Position numbers and translations under genes: made by a program. The notes beneath the pieces are model-generated. The model did no database searches. It saw nothing but the letters and a program-made list of their open reading frames with translations, and was not told the origin of the DNA. This document shows, piece by piece, positions 37,774 through 48,465 of a stretch of 64,000 nt of DNA. The DNA comes from Planctomycetota bacterium (GTDB taxonomy: Bacteria; Planctomycetota; Brocadiia; CAIUPP01). The stretch is taken from NCBI GenBank assembly GCA_022705425.1, contig JAKJEM010000001.1:260515-324514 (forward strand). The letters are read 5' to 3'. Each line of letters opens with the position of its first letter. The stretch's first letter is position 1.

Positions 37774-38985
37774 ATGGGCGCCGGAACGCGCGACGGTCGG
37801 ATTCATGTGGTGGAGATGCTGGACGCGACCGACGGGGGCACGCGCACGCATCTGCTTCAGATGCTCTACGGGCTGGACTCCCGGCGGTTCCGGCTGACGT
37901 TCATCACGTCCTGCGAGCGGAACCCGGTCTTCCGCGAGGACGTGGCGCGCCTGCGCGCCGCGGGGATCGCGGTGATCGAGGTCCCCATCGTGCGGCCGGT
38001 GTCACCGCTGCGTGACGCCCGCGCGCTGTGGCAACTCCTCCGCGCGCTGCGCGCGACCGAGTGCGATATTCTGCACACGCACGCCTCGAAGTCCGGCCTG
38101 CTGGGGCGGCTGGCGGCGCGGCTGACGGGCCGGCGCGCCGTCGTCCATACGCCGCACGCCTTCTACTTCCAGGGCAAGCGCGGCGCGGCGCGGCGGTTCT
38201 TCCGGGCGTTGGAGAAGGCGGCGCTGCGCTGGACGGCGCGGTTGATCTTGCTGAGCCCCATGCAGGCGGAACTGGCGCAGCGCGAACTCGGCGCCCCCGA
38301 GGCGCTCTGCGCGGTGATCGAGAACGGGGTGGACGCCGATCTCTTCTCTCCGGCGGAATCGCCTTCGGAAGCGCGGCACGCTATCGGGCTCGAAGGCGAA
38401 GGGCCGGTGGTGGGGACGCTGACGCGCTTTCTGCCGCAGAAGGCCACCGACGTGCTGCTGCGCGCCTGGGCGCGGCTGTTCCGGCTCGAACCGGCCTGCC
38501 GCGGGGTGATCGTCGGCCACGAGGGGGACCGAGCCGGAGCGCGGGCGCTGGCACGGGATCTGGGGATTGACGCGCGCATCTACTGGGTCGAGCGGACGGC
38601 GGAGCCCTGGACCTTCTATCGGGCGATGGACCTGTTCATGTTGGCCTCGCGCTACGAGGGGATGCCTTACACGCTGCTCGAGGCGATGGCCTGCGCCACG
38701 CCGGTGGTGGCCACGCGCATTCCCGGCTGCATCGAGGCGCTGGGCGAGGAAGCCGGACGTCTGGTTGCGCCGGAGGACCCGGAGGCGCTCGCCGGTGCAG
38801 CGCTGGAGCTGCTGCGCGCCCCGGCGCTGGCGCGCGCGATGGGCCGCGCCGGGCGCGAGCGCATCCTGCGCCGCTTCACCGTGCGCCGTTTCCTGGCGCA
38901 GACGGAGCAGTTGTACGAGAGTCTGGCGGTTCAAGGACCGTTGCCATCCAGTCCTCCCGACAAGGCCGGGCGCAGGACTGCATAG
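37774..38985 (+). CDS. Glycosyltransferase family 4
   Basis: GGT..H, LHTHASKSG, HTPHAF, NGVD, SRYEGMPYTLLEAMA; SD AAAGGAG. Confidence 0.92.
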   Translation: MGAGTRDGRIHVVEMLDATDGGTRTHLLQMLYGLDSRRFRLTFITSCERNPVFREDVARLRAAGIAVIEVPIVRPVSPLRDARALWQLLRALRATECDILHTHASKSGLLGRLAARLTGRRAVVHTPHAFYFQGKRGAARRFFRALEKAALRWTARLILLSPMQAELAQRELGAPEALCAVIENGVDADLFSPAESPSEARHAIGLEGEGPVVGTLTRFLPQKATDVLLRAWARLFRLEPACRGVIVGHEGDRAGARALARDLGIDARIYWVERTAEPWTFYRAMDLFMLASRYEGMPYTLLEAMACATPVVATRIPGCIEALGEEAGRLVAPEDPEALAGAALELLRAPALARAMGRAGRERILRRFTVRRFLAQTEQLYESLAVQGPLPSSPPDKAGRRTA

Positions 38986-39043
38986 CGCCGTACTGGAACG
39001 CACGATCAAGGCGCGTCCGTTCTGTGCAAGACCGGCGACGCGC

Positions 39044-39118
39044 CAGGCTGAGTTGAGGGCCGACTGGCAACTGGCTATGAATGGCGAGGAGCCGTGCCGG
39101 ATTCCGCCACTTCAGTAG
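39044..39118 (+). pseudogene. C-terminal remnant of DUF4160 (putative toxin)
   Basis: QAELRADWQLAMNGEEPCRIPPLQ* resembles the DUF4160 C-terminus, directly upstream of DUF2442; no N-terminal part or start found. Confidence 0.65.
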
Positions 39119-39131
39119 AAGGATGGTCGCC

Positions 39132-39500
39132 ATGTACCCGCGGGTCAAGAATGTGCAACCGACTGCACAGCACCGGCTGGTCCTCGGCTTCGACAACGGA
39201 GAACGGCGCATCTTTGACGTGACGCCGCTGCTGGGGGTGGGGCGTTTCCGCGCGCTGAAGTCGTCCCGGGAGTTCGAGAAGGTTCGCATTGCCTTTGACA
39301 CAGTCGAATGGGAAAACGGTTTGGACCTTGATCCGGAATACCTTTACGAACGGAGAGAGCCCCTGCCGTGCGAAGACGCCGTTACCACGGAGCCCGCGGG
39401 GCGCGGGCCGGCACGGCCTTGGCGACAGGTGGCCTCAGTGTGTGGGGCCAGTGACAACGGACCCATGCTCGTTTGCTTCCTCCGCCTGCCAGAGGGATGA
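39132..39500 (+). CDS. DUF2442 domain protein (putative antitoxin)
   Basis: MYPRVKNVQP...LVLGFDNGERRIFDV.PLL...F..V......TVEWENGLDLDPEYLY; atypical C-terminal extension. Confidence 0.85.
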   Translation: MYPRVKNVQPTAQHRLVLGFDNGERRIFDVTPLLGVGRFRALKSSREFEKVRIAFDTVEWENGLDLDPEYLYERREPLPCEDAVTTEPAGRGPARPWRQVASVCGASDNGPMLVCFLRLPEG

Positions 39501-39573
39501 TGCTCGCCAGCGGAGTCATAGCGGTCTCCGCCCGTCAGCCCGCCGAGAAGGATCAGCCGAAAGGACCCCCGAC

Positions 39574-40659
39574 ATGACGCAACGCGAGCGCTTCCTGCGC
39601 TGGATGAAGTTCGAGCGTGTGGACCGCGTCCCCCTGATGGAGATGGGCGTGTGGCCGGAGACGCTGGAACGCTGGCACGCCGAGGGACTGCCCCCCTGGG
39701 TCACGAACCTGCGCCAGCTCGAAGACCACCTCCGCCTCGACATCAGCTTCAACATGAACTGGCTGCCGATCAACGACCTCTTCCAGCCGCCCTTCGAGGA
39801 GAAGGTCCTCGAGGAAACGGCGGAAGAGCAGGTGATTCAGGACGACCGCGGGACGATCCTGCGGCGTCGAAGGCGCCTGGGCAGCATTCCGCAGTACCTG
39901 CGCTTTCCGGTGGAAACGGAGGCGGACTACGAGCGGCTGCTCCCGAGGCTCGACGGCGCCGCCCCGGCGCGCTATCCGCCGGGTTTCGACGAGGAACTCC
40001 GCCGCCGCCGGGCGCGGGGGGAAATCGTGGGCGTCCACTTCCGCAGCTTCTTCGGCTTCCCCCGAATCCTGATGGGGCTGGAGAATCTGAGCATCGCCTG
40101 GTACGAGCAGCCGGAGTTGACGCGGCGGATCATCGCGGACCGGGTGGTCTTCGCCAAGGCGCTGCTGGCGCGCGTTCTGAAGGAGCGGGCGGTGGATTTC
40201 GTGCAGGTGTGGGAGGATATGGCGTTCAAGACCGCGCCGCTCGTGTCGCCCAGGATCGTGCGCGAGCTCATGCTGCCGGCGTACGCGGAGTTGACGTCTC
40301 ACCTGCGGGCGAACGGGGTGCAGTTGGTCATGGTGGACTGCGACGGGCACGTGAACGACCTGCTGCCCCTCTACCGCGAGGCGGGGATGGACGGGGCGCA
40401 CCCGTGCGAGATCGCAGCCGGGGCGGACCCGAACGCGCTGCGGCGGCTGGACCCGCGGTGCGCGCTGATGGGGGGGATGGACAAGCGGGCGATCGCCGCC
40501 GGGCGCGAAGGGGTCGAGGCGGAGCTGCGCCGCGTCGAACCCGTCCTCCGGCAGGGGGCCTTCATTCCCTTCCTCGATCACTTCGTGCCGCCCGACGTGT
40601 CCTACGACACATACCGCTACTATGTCGAGCGGCGGCGGGAACTTCTGGCGCGCGTCTGA
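39574..40659 (+). CDS. Uroporphyrinogen decarboxylase-family (URO-D/MtaA-like) protein 1
   Basis: MTQRERF..., WEDMAFK..PLVSP, DCDG, GGMDK, DHFVPPDVS. Confidence 0.85.
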   Translation: MTQRERFLRWMKFERVDRVPLMEMGVWPETLERWHAEGLPPWVTNLRQLEDHLRLDISFNMNWLPINDLFQPPFEEKVLEETAEEQVIQDDRGTILRRRRRLGSIPQYLRFPVETEADYERLLPRLDGAAPARYPPGFDEELRRRRARGEIVGVHFRSFFGFPRILMGLENLSIAWYEQPELTRRIIADRVVFAKALLARVLKERAVDFVQVWEDMAFKTAPLVSPRIVRELMLPAYAELTSHLRANGVQLVMVDCDGHVNDLLPLYREAGMDGAHPCEIAAGADPNALRRLDPRCALMGGMDKRAIAAGREGVEAELRRVEPVLRQGAFIPFLDHFVPPDVSYDTYRYYVERRRELLARV

Positions 40660-40663
40660 CGGC

Positions 40664-41464
40664 TCACATCGCCAGGATCTTCCGGATGCTCCGGGCCGTC
40701 TCCTCGATCGGCGCCACGGCGGGGGGCACCTCGCTGATGAGGGCGTCGTCGTATCCGGCGGCGCGGAGTTCGCGCAGGATCGCCGGCCAGTCCACGCGCC
40801 CGGAGCCCTTCAGCAGCGCGGGCCAGCCGCCCTCCTTCAGGGCGCTGCCGGTCCAGTCCTTGGCGTGCATCATTCGGATGCGCTTGCCGAGAATCCGCGC
40901 CCAGTGGTGCGGGTAGTGGAAGACGGCCATGTTGCCGGGATCGAAGTAGAAGGCAATATGGCGGCTGCCGCACTCGCCGAGGAAGCGGTCCATCTCCAGG
41001 GGGCTGAAGAGGAAGCCGTTCCAGACGAACTCCACCGCGACGGCGACATCGAGTTCGGCGGCGGTGCGGGCGATCTCGCGGAGGGCGGCGACGCCGTTGC
41101 GGTAGGCGTCGTCGTAGTACAGATCCGGGCCGGGGCGTCCCAGGGTGTGCAGGGTGCAGCGTGCGCCCAGGGCGGCGGCAACCCGAAGCCCGGCAATCGT
41201 CTCTTCGATGCTGCGGCGGGCAGCCTCGCCGGACTCGAGCAGATTGCCGGTGCAATGACTATGCGTCATCGAAACGATGTCCAGCCTGCGCGCCCGGGCG
41301 AGCGCGACGATCCGCGCCAGGCCGGCGGCATCCGTCTCCGGGGTCAGTTCCCCCGCGCGCTTCAGGCAGAGCTCCACGCATTCATATCCTGCGGCGGCGG
41401 CCTGATCGAGAAAGGCTTCCATGGGAAGGTTGGGAAGGATCAACTGACTGATGCCGACTTTCAT
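40664..41464 (-). CDS. Sugar phosphate isomerase/epimerase (AP endonuclease 2 TIM barrel)
   Basis: AVEFVWN, YFDPGN, HAKD, G.G.VDW, ISE. Confidence 0.88.
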   Translation of the reverse strand: MKVGISQLILPNLPMEAFLDQAAAAGYECVELCLKRAGELTPETDAAGLARIVALARARRLDIVSMTHSHCTGNLLESGEAARRSIEETIAGLRVAAALGARCTLHTLGRPGPDLYYDDAYRNGVAALREIARTAAELDVAVAVEFVWNGFLFSPLEMDRFLGECGSRHIAFYFDPGNMAVFHYPHHWARILGKRIRMMHAKDWTGSALKEGGWPALLKGSGRVDWPAILRELRAAGYDDALISEVPPAVAPIEETARSIRKILAM

Positions 41465-41499
41465 GGCGGCTCCCTGCGTTCTCAGAGGACAGCGCGGAA

Positions 41500-42495
41500 T
41501 TACCACGTCACCTTGCGTGCGCTCCCGGCGCGCCCGGCCTTCAGGATGGCTTCGGCCACGGCTACAGCCTTGATGGCCTCGGTTCCGGGCGTCAGGCAGC
41601 GGGTCCGTCGGCGGATGCAATCGAGGAAGTGCCGCGCCTGCAGGATGTACATGTTGGGCTCGCGCGGCACGGAGAGGAGCGTCTCCTTGCCGGCGGCATC
41701 GGTCAGGCAGCAGAAGCTGCGCGTCTTGCGCTCCTCCTCCGCGACGGTCTGCTTGCCGATGCCGAACTGGATGAACCCCTTGGGGCCCAGGATGTCGTGC
41801 AGCGCGAGGCCCTTCACGGCCCAGCTCCAACTGACCAGGAGCTGATTGCCGGAGGGGTATTGGACGATGGCTGATCCGGTGTCGGCGGCGGTGACGGCAG
41901 GGTCCATCTTGACGGTGTTCGCCACGACGGAGACGGGATCGCCGAAGAGGGCGTTGGCGAAATCGTAGTTGTGGACGGCGCCGTCGAGGAGCGGTCCGCC
42001 GCCGAGGCGCTCATCCATGAACCACCGGCCCGGTCCGCGTCCGGCCATGACGTGCCGCCAGAGGACGGGGCGTCCGATGCGCCCGGCGGCCACGGCTTTG
42101 CGCCAGAGGCCCCAGTAGGGATCATAGCGGCGGCAGTGCGCGACCATCAGCAACGCCCCCGTGCGGTCGGCGAGGTCGTTCAGTCGGCGGCACTCGGCGG
42201 TCGTGCGCGCCATCGGTTTTTCCAGCAGCAGGGGCAGGCGCGCGCGAAGGACCTCTGCGCCGATGGAGGCGTGCAGGCCCGTCGGCGTGGCCAGGACCAC
42301 GGCATCCACCCCGGCGCGCAGCATCGCACGGTGGTCCTCGAACACGGTTGCGCCCGGGTGTTCCCTGGCGAACTCGGCGCGCGATTCCGGCGAGACGTCG
42401 GAGCCGGCCGCCACGGCACAGCCCTTGACCTTGGCAAACGCGCCCGCCTGGTAGCGGCCCATGCCGCCGAGACCGATGAACCCCACGCGAACCAT
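41500..42495 (-). CDS. Gfo/Idh/MocA family oxidoreductase
   Basis: VGFIGLGGMG, LEKPMA, GGGPLLDGAVHNYD. Confidence 0.9.
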   Translation of the reverse strand: MVRVGFIGLGGMGRYQAGAFAKVKGCAVAAGSDVSPESRAEFAREHPGATVFEDHRAMLRAGVDAVVLATPTGLHASIGAEVLRARLPLLLEKPMARTTAECRRLNDLADRTGALLMVAHCRRYDPYWGLWRKAVAAGRIGRPVLWRHVMAGRGPGRWFMDERLGGGPLLDGAVHNYDFANALFGDPVSVVANTVKMDPAVTAADTGSAIVQYPSGNQLLVSWSWAVKGLALHDILGPKGFIQFGIGKQTVAEEERKTRSFCCLTDAAGKETLLSVPREPNMYILQARHFLDCIRRRTRCLTPGTEAIKAVAVAEAILKAGRAGSARKVTW

Positions 42496-42623
42496 AGGTT
42501 TTCCTCTCAAGGAAGATGCCGCCGGCATCCCGGCGGGCCGGGGAAACGCAATAGCCCGGTATTCTCCGGCAACCGGCCCTTGAATGCAACCGTGCCACGC
42601 CCTTGGCGCGGGAAGTCCGCGCC

Positions 42624-42651
42624 TTGACTCGCGGGGGTGGGGGACTATAAT
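42624..42651 (+). promoter_or_regulatory. sigma70-like promoter for the hypothetical-his-alr operon
   Basis: TTGACT-16-TATAAT. Confidence 0.65.
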
Positions 42652-42682
42652 GAAGCCAACATCTTGCGACAAAGGAGCCGCC

Positions 42683-43108
42683 ATGCCGCTCATCGAAGGG
42701 AAGATCGCCCAGATTCTCTCGGACAAACACGTCATCATCAACGTCGGCGCGCGCGACGGCGTGCGGCCGGGGATGCGCTTTGCCGTCCTCTTTCAGGGCG
42801 AAGAGGTCAAGGATCCCGGTACCGGCGAGGCGCTGGGGCGCTGGGAAGTGCCGAAGGGCTTTGTGGCGGCGACGCACGTCCAGGACCGCCTGACGACTTG
42901 CGAGGCCGCTGCGGTTCCTGCGCCCGAAGGGCAGGACCCCTCGACTCAGGTGCTGTCGGCGGCCATGATAGACGCTTCGATGCGCCCGGAAATCTGGGGA
43001 GGAGGCGGCGGCAAGCTCAACGTCAACCGCGCCCAGTTCCGCGGGGCGCCGCAGATCGGACCGATCTCGATCGGCGACGCCGTCCGCGAGGTGCCCGCCG
43101 CTCGATAG
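42683..43108 (+). CDS. Hypothetical beta-barrel protein (FlgT C-terminal-like)
   Basis: EGKIAQI...VIINVG..DGV..GMRF.V....V.DP.TGE.LG; SD AAAGGAG. Confidence 0.65.
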   Translation: MPLIEGKIAQILSDKHVIINVGARDGVRPGMRFAVLFQGEEVKDPGTGEALGRWEVPKGFVAATHVQDRLTTCEAAAVPAPEGQDPSTQVLSAAMIDASMRPEIWGGGGGKLNVNRAQFRGAPQIGPISIGDAVREVPAAR

Positions 43109-43155
43109 CCGCCGAGAATATTAGCCATGTCTTCGCCGCTCCGTGGGTCCACGCA

Positions 43156-44490
43156 ATGAATATCGTCAGCGCCAAAACCGCCGATCTCTCCGCCGCGTTG
43201 TCCGCCCTGTCCGCCGCCCTCGGCGCGGGCGCGGGGATGGTCTCGCGCGAGGGGCAGGAGCGGACGCTGGCCGTCTTCGGGCGGGCGCTCAGCCCCGCCG
43301 AGGTCGTCCGCGAGTTGATCCGCGCCGTCCGCGAGCGCGGCGACGAGGCTCTGGTGGAGTACATCCGGAAGCTTGACGGCGCGACGCTGACGCCGGAGCG
43401 TCTCCGCGTGTCTCCCGGGATGCTCGGCGACGCCTGGGACCAGACGCCCCCGCCCGTGCGCGAGGCGCTGCAACGCGCGCGCGACAACATCCGGCGCTTT
43501 CAGGAGCATATCCGGCCCGCCCTGCCCCCCGCGCAGCGCAATGCCGAGGGGGGCTTCGTCAGTATCACGCACCGCCCCTTGCGGCGCGTCGGGCTCTATG
43601 TCCCGGCGGGGCTGGCCTCCACCGTCCTGATGACCGCCATCCCCGCGGCGGTCGCCGGCGTCCGCGAGGTGGCCCTGGCGACTCCCTGCAACCGGGAGGG
43701 AATGCCTAGCCGCGAGGTCCTGGCGGCGGCGCACCTGGCCGGGGTGGAGGAGGTCTATCGCATCGGCGGGGCGCTGGCGATTGCCGCTTTCGCCTGCGGC
43801 ACGCGCTCCGTTCCCCGCGTCGAGAAGATCTGCGGGCCGGGAAACACATTCGTAACTCTCGCCAAGAAAGAGCTTTACGGAACGGTTGACCTGGACATGC
43901 TGGCCGGGCCGAGCGAGGTGCTCATTATCGCCGACGCCAAGGCCGAGCCGCGGTTCATTGCCGCCGACATGCTCAGTCAGGCCGAGCACAACCCGGCGGC
44001 GGCGGTGCTCCTGACGCCCGAGGAGCGCATCGCCCGCAGGACGCTGGAGGAGATCGAAGCGCAGTTGCCGACGCTCTCGCGCGGCCCGGCGGCGCGGGAC
44101 TGTCTTGAGCGGTATGGCTTCATCGGCGTCACGCGCGACCTCGATCACGCCGTCGAGCTGGCGAATCAGTTCGCGCCGGAGCACTTGGAGCTGGCTGTCG
44201 CCCGGCCCGACGCCCTTCTGCCGAAGATCCACTCCGCCGGCGCGGTCTTCCTGGGCCAGTACACCCCGGAGCCGGTGGGCGACTACGTCGCCGGTCCCTC
44301 GCATGTCCTGCCCACGGGCGGCACGGCGCGATTCTTCAGCGGACTGAGTGTTCAGCATTTCCTGCGGACGATGAGCGTGATTCACTACGATCGCGACGCA
44401 CTTCGCAAGGCGGCGTCGGACGTCGCCGTCCTGGCCCGCGCCGAGGGGTTGGACGCCCACGCGCGGTCGGCCACGATCCGGTTCGAGTGA
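43156..44490 (+). CDS. hisD: Histidinol dehydrogenase
   Basis: GPGN.FV, DMLAGPSEV, SQAEH, APEHLEL, GDYVAGPSHVLPT. Confidence 0.95.
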   Translation: MNIVSAKTADLSAALSALSAALGAGAGMVSREGQERTLAVFGRALSPAEVVRELIRAVRERGDEALVEYIRKLDGATLTPERLRVSPGMLGDAWDQTPPPVREALQRARDNIRRFQEHIRPALPPAQRNAEGGFVSITHRPLRRVGLYVPAGLASTVLMTAIPAAVAGVREVALATPCNREGMPSREVLAAAHLAGVEEVYRIGGALAIAAFACGTRSVPRVEKICGPGNTFVTLAKKELYGTVDLDMLAGPSEVLIIADAKAEPRFIAADMLSQAEHNPAAAVLLTPEERIARRTLEEIEAQLPTLSRGPAARDCLERYGFIGVTRDLDHAVELANQFAPEHLELAVARPDALLPKIHSAGAVFLGQYTPEPVGDYVAGPSHVLPTGGTARFFSGLSVQHFLRTMSVIHYDRDALRKAASDVAVLARAEGLDAHARSATIRFE

Positions 44491-44508
44491 CGCGGCCTCG
44501 GAGAAGAC

Positions 44509-45573
44509 ATGGGCTGGTTCAGACCTAATATCGAGCAGATGCAAGGCTACGCCCCCGGCGAGCAGCCGCAGGAGAGGGGATTCATCAAGCTTAATACGAA
44601 TGAGTCCCCCTATCCGCCGACGCCGGCGGTGCTTCGGGCGCTCCGGGCGGCGGCGACGAAGGATGTCCGCCTTTACCCGGACCCGATGGCGAACGCCGTG
44701 CGGCGCGCGGCCTCCGAGGTCTTCGGGCTGCCGGTGGGTCGCATCCTGGCGGGGAACGGCTCCGACGACCTGTTGACGATGATCCTGCGCGCCGTGGTGG
44801 GGCCGGGGCGGACGCTGGCCTATCCCGTGCCCACATACACCCTGTACCGCACCCTGGCGCAGATCGAAAACGCGCGCGCGCGCGAGGTTCCCTTCCCTCC
44901 GGACTTCCGCCTGCCGCGCGGCCTCTTCCGCAGGGGGGACGCGGCAACGATTGTGGCGAACCCGAACAGCCCCACCGGCACGGCCGTTTCCAATGCGGAG
45001 TTGTCGCGCCTGGCGCGGGCGATCGGCGGGCTGCTGGTGGTGGACGAGGCGTACGCGGACTTCGCCGACGAACACGCGCTGAGCCTGGTCGAGCGCCACC
45101 GCAATGTCATTGTGCTTCGGACCTTCTCGAAATCCTTCTCTCTCTGCGGAGTGCGGCTGGGGCTGGCCTTTGCGCGCGAGGAGGTCATCGAGGGCCTGGC
45201 AAAGGTGAAGGACAGCTACAACGTCAACCGTTTTGCGATTGCGGCGGGCGTTGCGGCGCTGAAGGACATCGAAGCGATGCGCGCCAACGCGCAACGTATC
45301 CGGGCGACGCGCCGACGCCTGGCCCGCGCCCTCGAGGACATGGGGTGGCGTCCCCTCCCATCGCAGAGCAACTTCCTTTTTGCGCGCGCGCCGAAGGGGG
45401 CGGGGTACACCGCAGGGGAGATGTACCGCGCGTTGAAGGCGCGCCGGGTCCTTGTGCGCTACTTCGACGCGCCGGGGCTGGACGACGGGCTGCGGATCAC
45501 GATCGGCAACGACCGGGAGATTGACGCGCTGTTGCGCCACATGAAGACGATTGCCGCGTCGCGCGCCGGCTGA
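44509..45573 (+). CDS. hisC: Histidinol-phosphate aminotransferase
   Basis: KLNTNESPYP, GNGSDD, NPNSPTG, DEAY, RTFSKSFSL.G.RLG. Confidence 0.95.
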   Translation: MGWFRPNIEQMQGYAPGEQPQERGFIKLNTNESPYPPTPAVLRALRAAATKDVRLYPDPMANAVRRAASEVFGLPVGRILAGNGSDDLLTMILRAVVGPGRTLAYPVPTYTLYRTLAQIENARAREVPFPPDFRLPRGLFRRGDAATIVANPNSPTGTAVSNAELSRLARAIGGLLVVDEAYADFADEHALSLVERHRNVIVLRTFSKSFSLCGVRLGLAFAREEVIEGLAKVKDSYNVNRFAIAAGVAALKDIEAMRANAQRIRATRRRLARALEDMGWRPLPSQSNFLFARAPKGAGYTAGEMYRALKARRVLVRYFDAPGLDDGLRITIGNDREIDALLRHMKTIAASRAG

Positions 45574-45605
45574 ACCGGCGCGCACGCATTCATCAGGAGC
45601 AGGCC

Positions 45606-46196
45606 ATGGCATTGCGGCAGGCGGAGATCAAGCGCAAGACGAAGGAGACGGACATCACCCTGGCCCTCGAGGTGGACGGCGAGGGGCGCAGCGAGATCGC
45701 CACGGGCGTGGGCTTCCTCGACCACATGCTCGACCTCTTCGCGCGGCACGGCCTCTTCAACCTGCGCGTGAAGGCCTCCGGCGACACGCACGTGGACGCG
45801 CACCACACCGTCGAGGACGTCGGCATCTGCCTCGGCGCCGCCTTCCATCAGGCGCTGGGCGACCGCCGGGGCATCCGGCGCTTTGCGGACGTCTCCGTGC
45901 CGATGGAGGACTCGCTCGCGCAGGTCGTCATTGACCTCGGCGGGCGTGGCGCGCTGGTCTATCGGGCCGAGTACCCCAGCCCCAAGACCGGCGAGTTCGA
46001 CGTGGAACTCGTCGAGGAGTTCCTGCGCGCTTTTTCGTCGAATGCCGGGATGAATTTGCACGTGCACGCGCCGTACGGGCGCAACAGCCATCACATGGCG
46101 GAGGCCGTCTTCAAGGCCCTGGCGCGGGCGATGGACGCCGCCACGCAGATTGACCCGCGCGTCAAGGGCGTGCCTTCGACCAAGGACGTGCTGTAG
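45606..46196 (+). CDS. hisB: Imidazoleglycerol-phosphate dehydratase
   Basis: RKTKETDI, FLDHML, DAHHTVED, NSHHMAEA.FKA, PSTK. Confidence 0.97.
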   Translation: MALRQAEIKRKTKETDITLALEVDGEGRSEIATGVGFLDHMLDLFARHGLFNLRVKASGDTHVDAHHTVEDVGICLGAAFHQALGDRRGIRRFADVSVPMEDSLAQVVIDLGGRGALVYRAEYPSPKTGEFDVELVEEFLRAFSSNAGMNLHVHAPYGRNSHHMAEAVFKALARAMDAATQIDPRVKGVPSTKDVL

Positions 46197-46292
46197 CGCC
46201 GGCGAGTCCTTCGTCCGGTCCTGTCGTCCCTCGGGCGGCGCGGTTCGTTCGCCCGCCCGCCGCGTCCTGCACTCCGCAAGGCCGAGCGTTCC

Positions 46293-47420
<1,128 letters not shown>

Positions 47421-47453
47421 CCGGGACATCGGCCCGCGCATTGGGAGGGCGCC

Positions 47454-48356
47454 GTGACGCCGCAACCGGTGAACGTCTTCGTGGGCGTGGCGGGCTGGTC
47501 CTATCCGGACTGGGCCGGCATCGTCTATCCCGAACGCCGCTCGCGCGGCTTCTCCGAACTCGCCTTCCTGGCGAACTACGTGGACGGCATCGAGGTCAAC
47601 AGCACCTTCTACCGGCCCGCTTCCCCGGCAGCGGCCGAGGGGTGGCTGCGCCAGGTCGAGAAGCGCCCGGACTTCCTCTTCACGGCCAAGCTCTGGCAGC
47701 GCTTCACGCACGACCCCGCGACGGAATGGACGGCGGAGGAGGCGCAGACGGTCCGGCGCGGGCTGCAACCCCTGCAACGCGCCGGACGTCTCGGCGCCGT
47801 CCTTGCCCAGTTCCCCTGGAGCTTCCACCCGGAGGCCGCCGCCTTCGCCCGCCTTCGCCGCCTCGCGGAGGAGTTCCGCGACCTGCCCCTCGTCGTCGAG
47901 GTGCGCCACGCCGACTGGAACGGCGCCGAGGGCCTGGCCTTCCTGCGCGAGCGCGGGATGGGCTTCTGCAACGTGGATCAGCCCGCCCTGCGCACGAACC
48001 TCGCGCCCACGGGGGTCGTCACCGGCCCGGTGGGCTACTGCCGCTTTCATGGGCGCAACGCGCAGGCCTGGTTCGCCCGCGACGCCGGACGCGACCGGCG
48101 CTACGACTACCTCTACAGCGAGAACGAACTGGCCCCCTGGGTGGAGAAGATCGCGCGCATGGCCGGCGAGGCGCAGAAGCTTTTCGTGATGACCAACAAC
48201 CATTACCGCGGGCAGGAACTCGTCAACGCCATTGAGATGAAGTCCATGCTCTCCGGCAACGCGCGCCTGCCCGTGCCCGAGGGGCTCCTGGCGCACTACC
48301 CCCGCCTGCGCGCGCGGGCGCTGCCGGTCCAGACGCAGGGGGCGCTGGCGTTCTGA
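47454..48356 (+). CDS. DUF72 domain protein
   Basis: GWSY.DW, EVNSTFY, QFP.SF, EVRH..W, Y.RFHGRN, YDYLYS. Confidence 0.92.
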   Translation: MTPQPVNVFVGVAGWSYPDWAGIVYPERRSRGFSELAFLANYVDGIEVNSTFYRPASPAAAEGWLRQVEKRPDFLFTAKLWQRFTHDPATEWTAEEAQTVRRGLQPLQRAGRLGAVLAQFPWSFHPEAAAFARLRRLAEEFRDLPLVVEVRHADWNGAEGLAFLRERGMGFCNVDQPALRTNLAPTGVVTGPVGYCRFHGRNAQAWFARDAGRDRRYDYLYSENELAPWVEKIARMAGEAQKLFVMTNNHYRGQELVNAIEMKSMLSGNARLPVPEGLLAHYPRLRARALPVQTQGALAF

Positions 48357-48465
48357 CCGCCCTCCGCCCCGCCTCGCGGCTGCGCCCACGCGCCCTTATC
48401 GGGCGGGACGTCTTTCTCTTCGCTCGGCGGCAGGCTAGAATCCCCCCACAGGAAAGGAGTCGGCC

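Noticed and set aside
39440-39560. Possible transposase fragment after DUF2442
   Set aside because: Only a weak LVCFL resemblance; no terminal inverted repeats or target duplication seen
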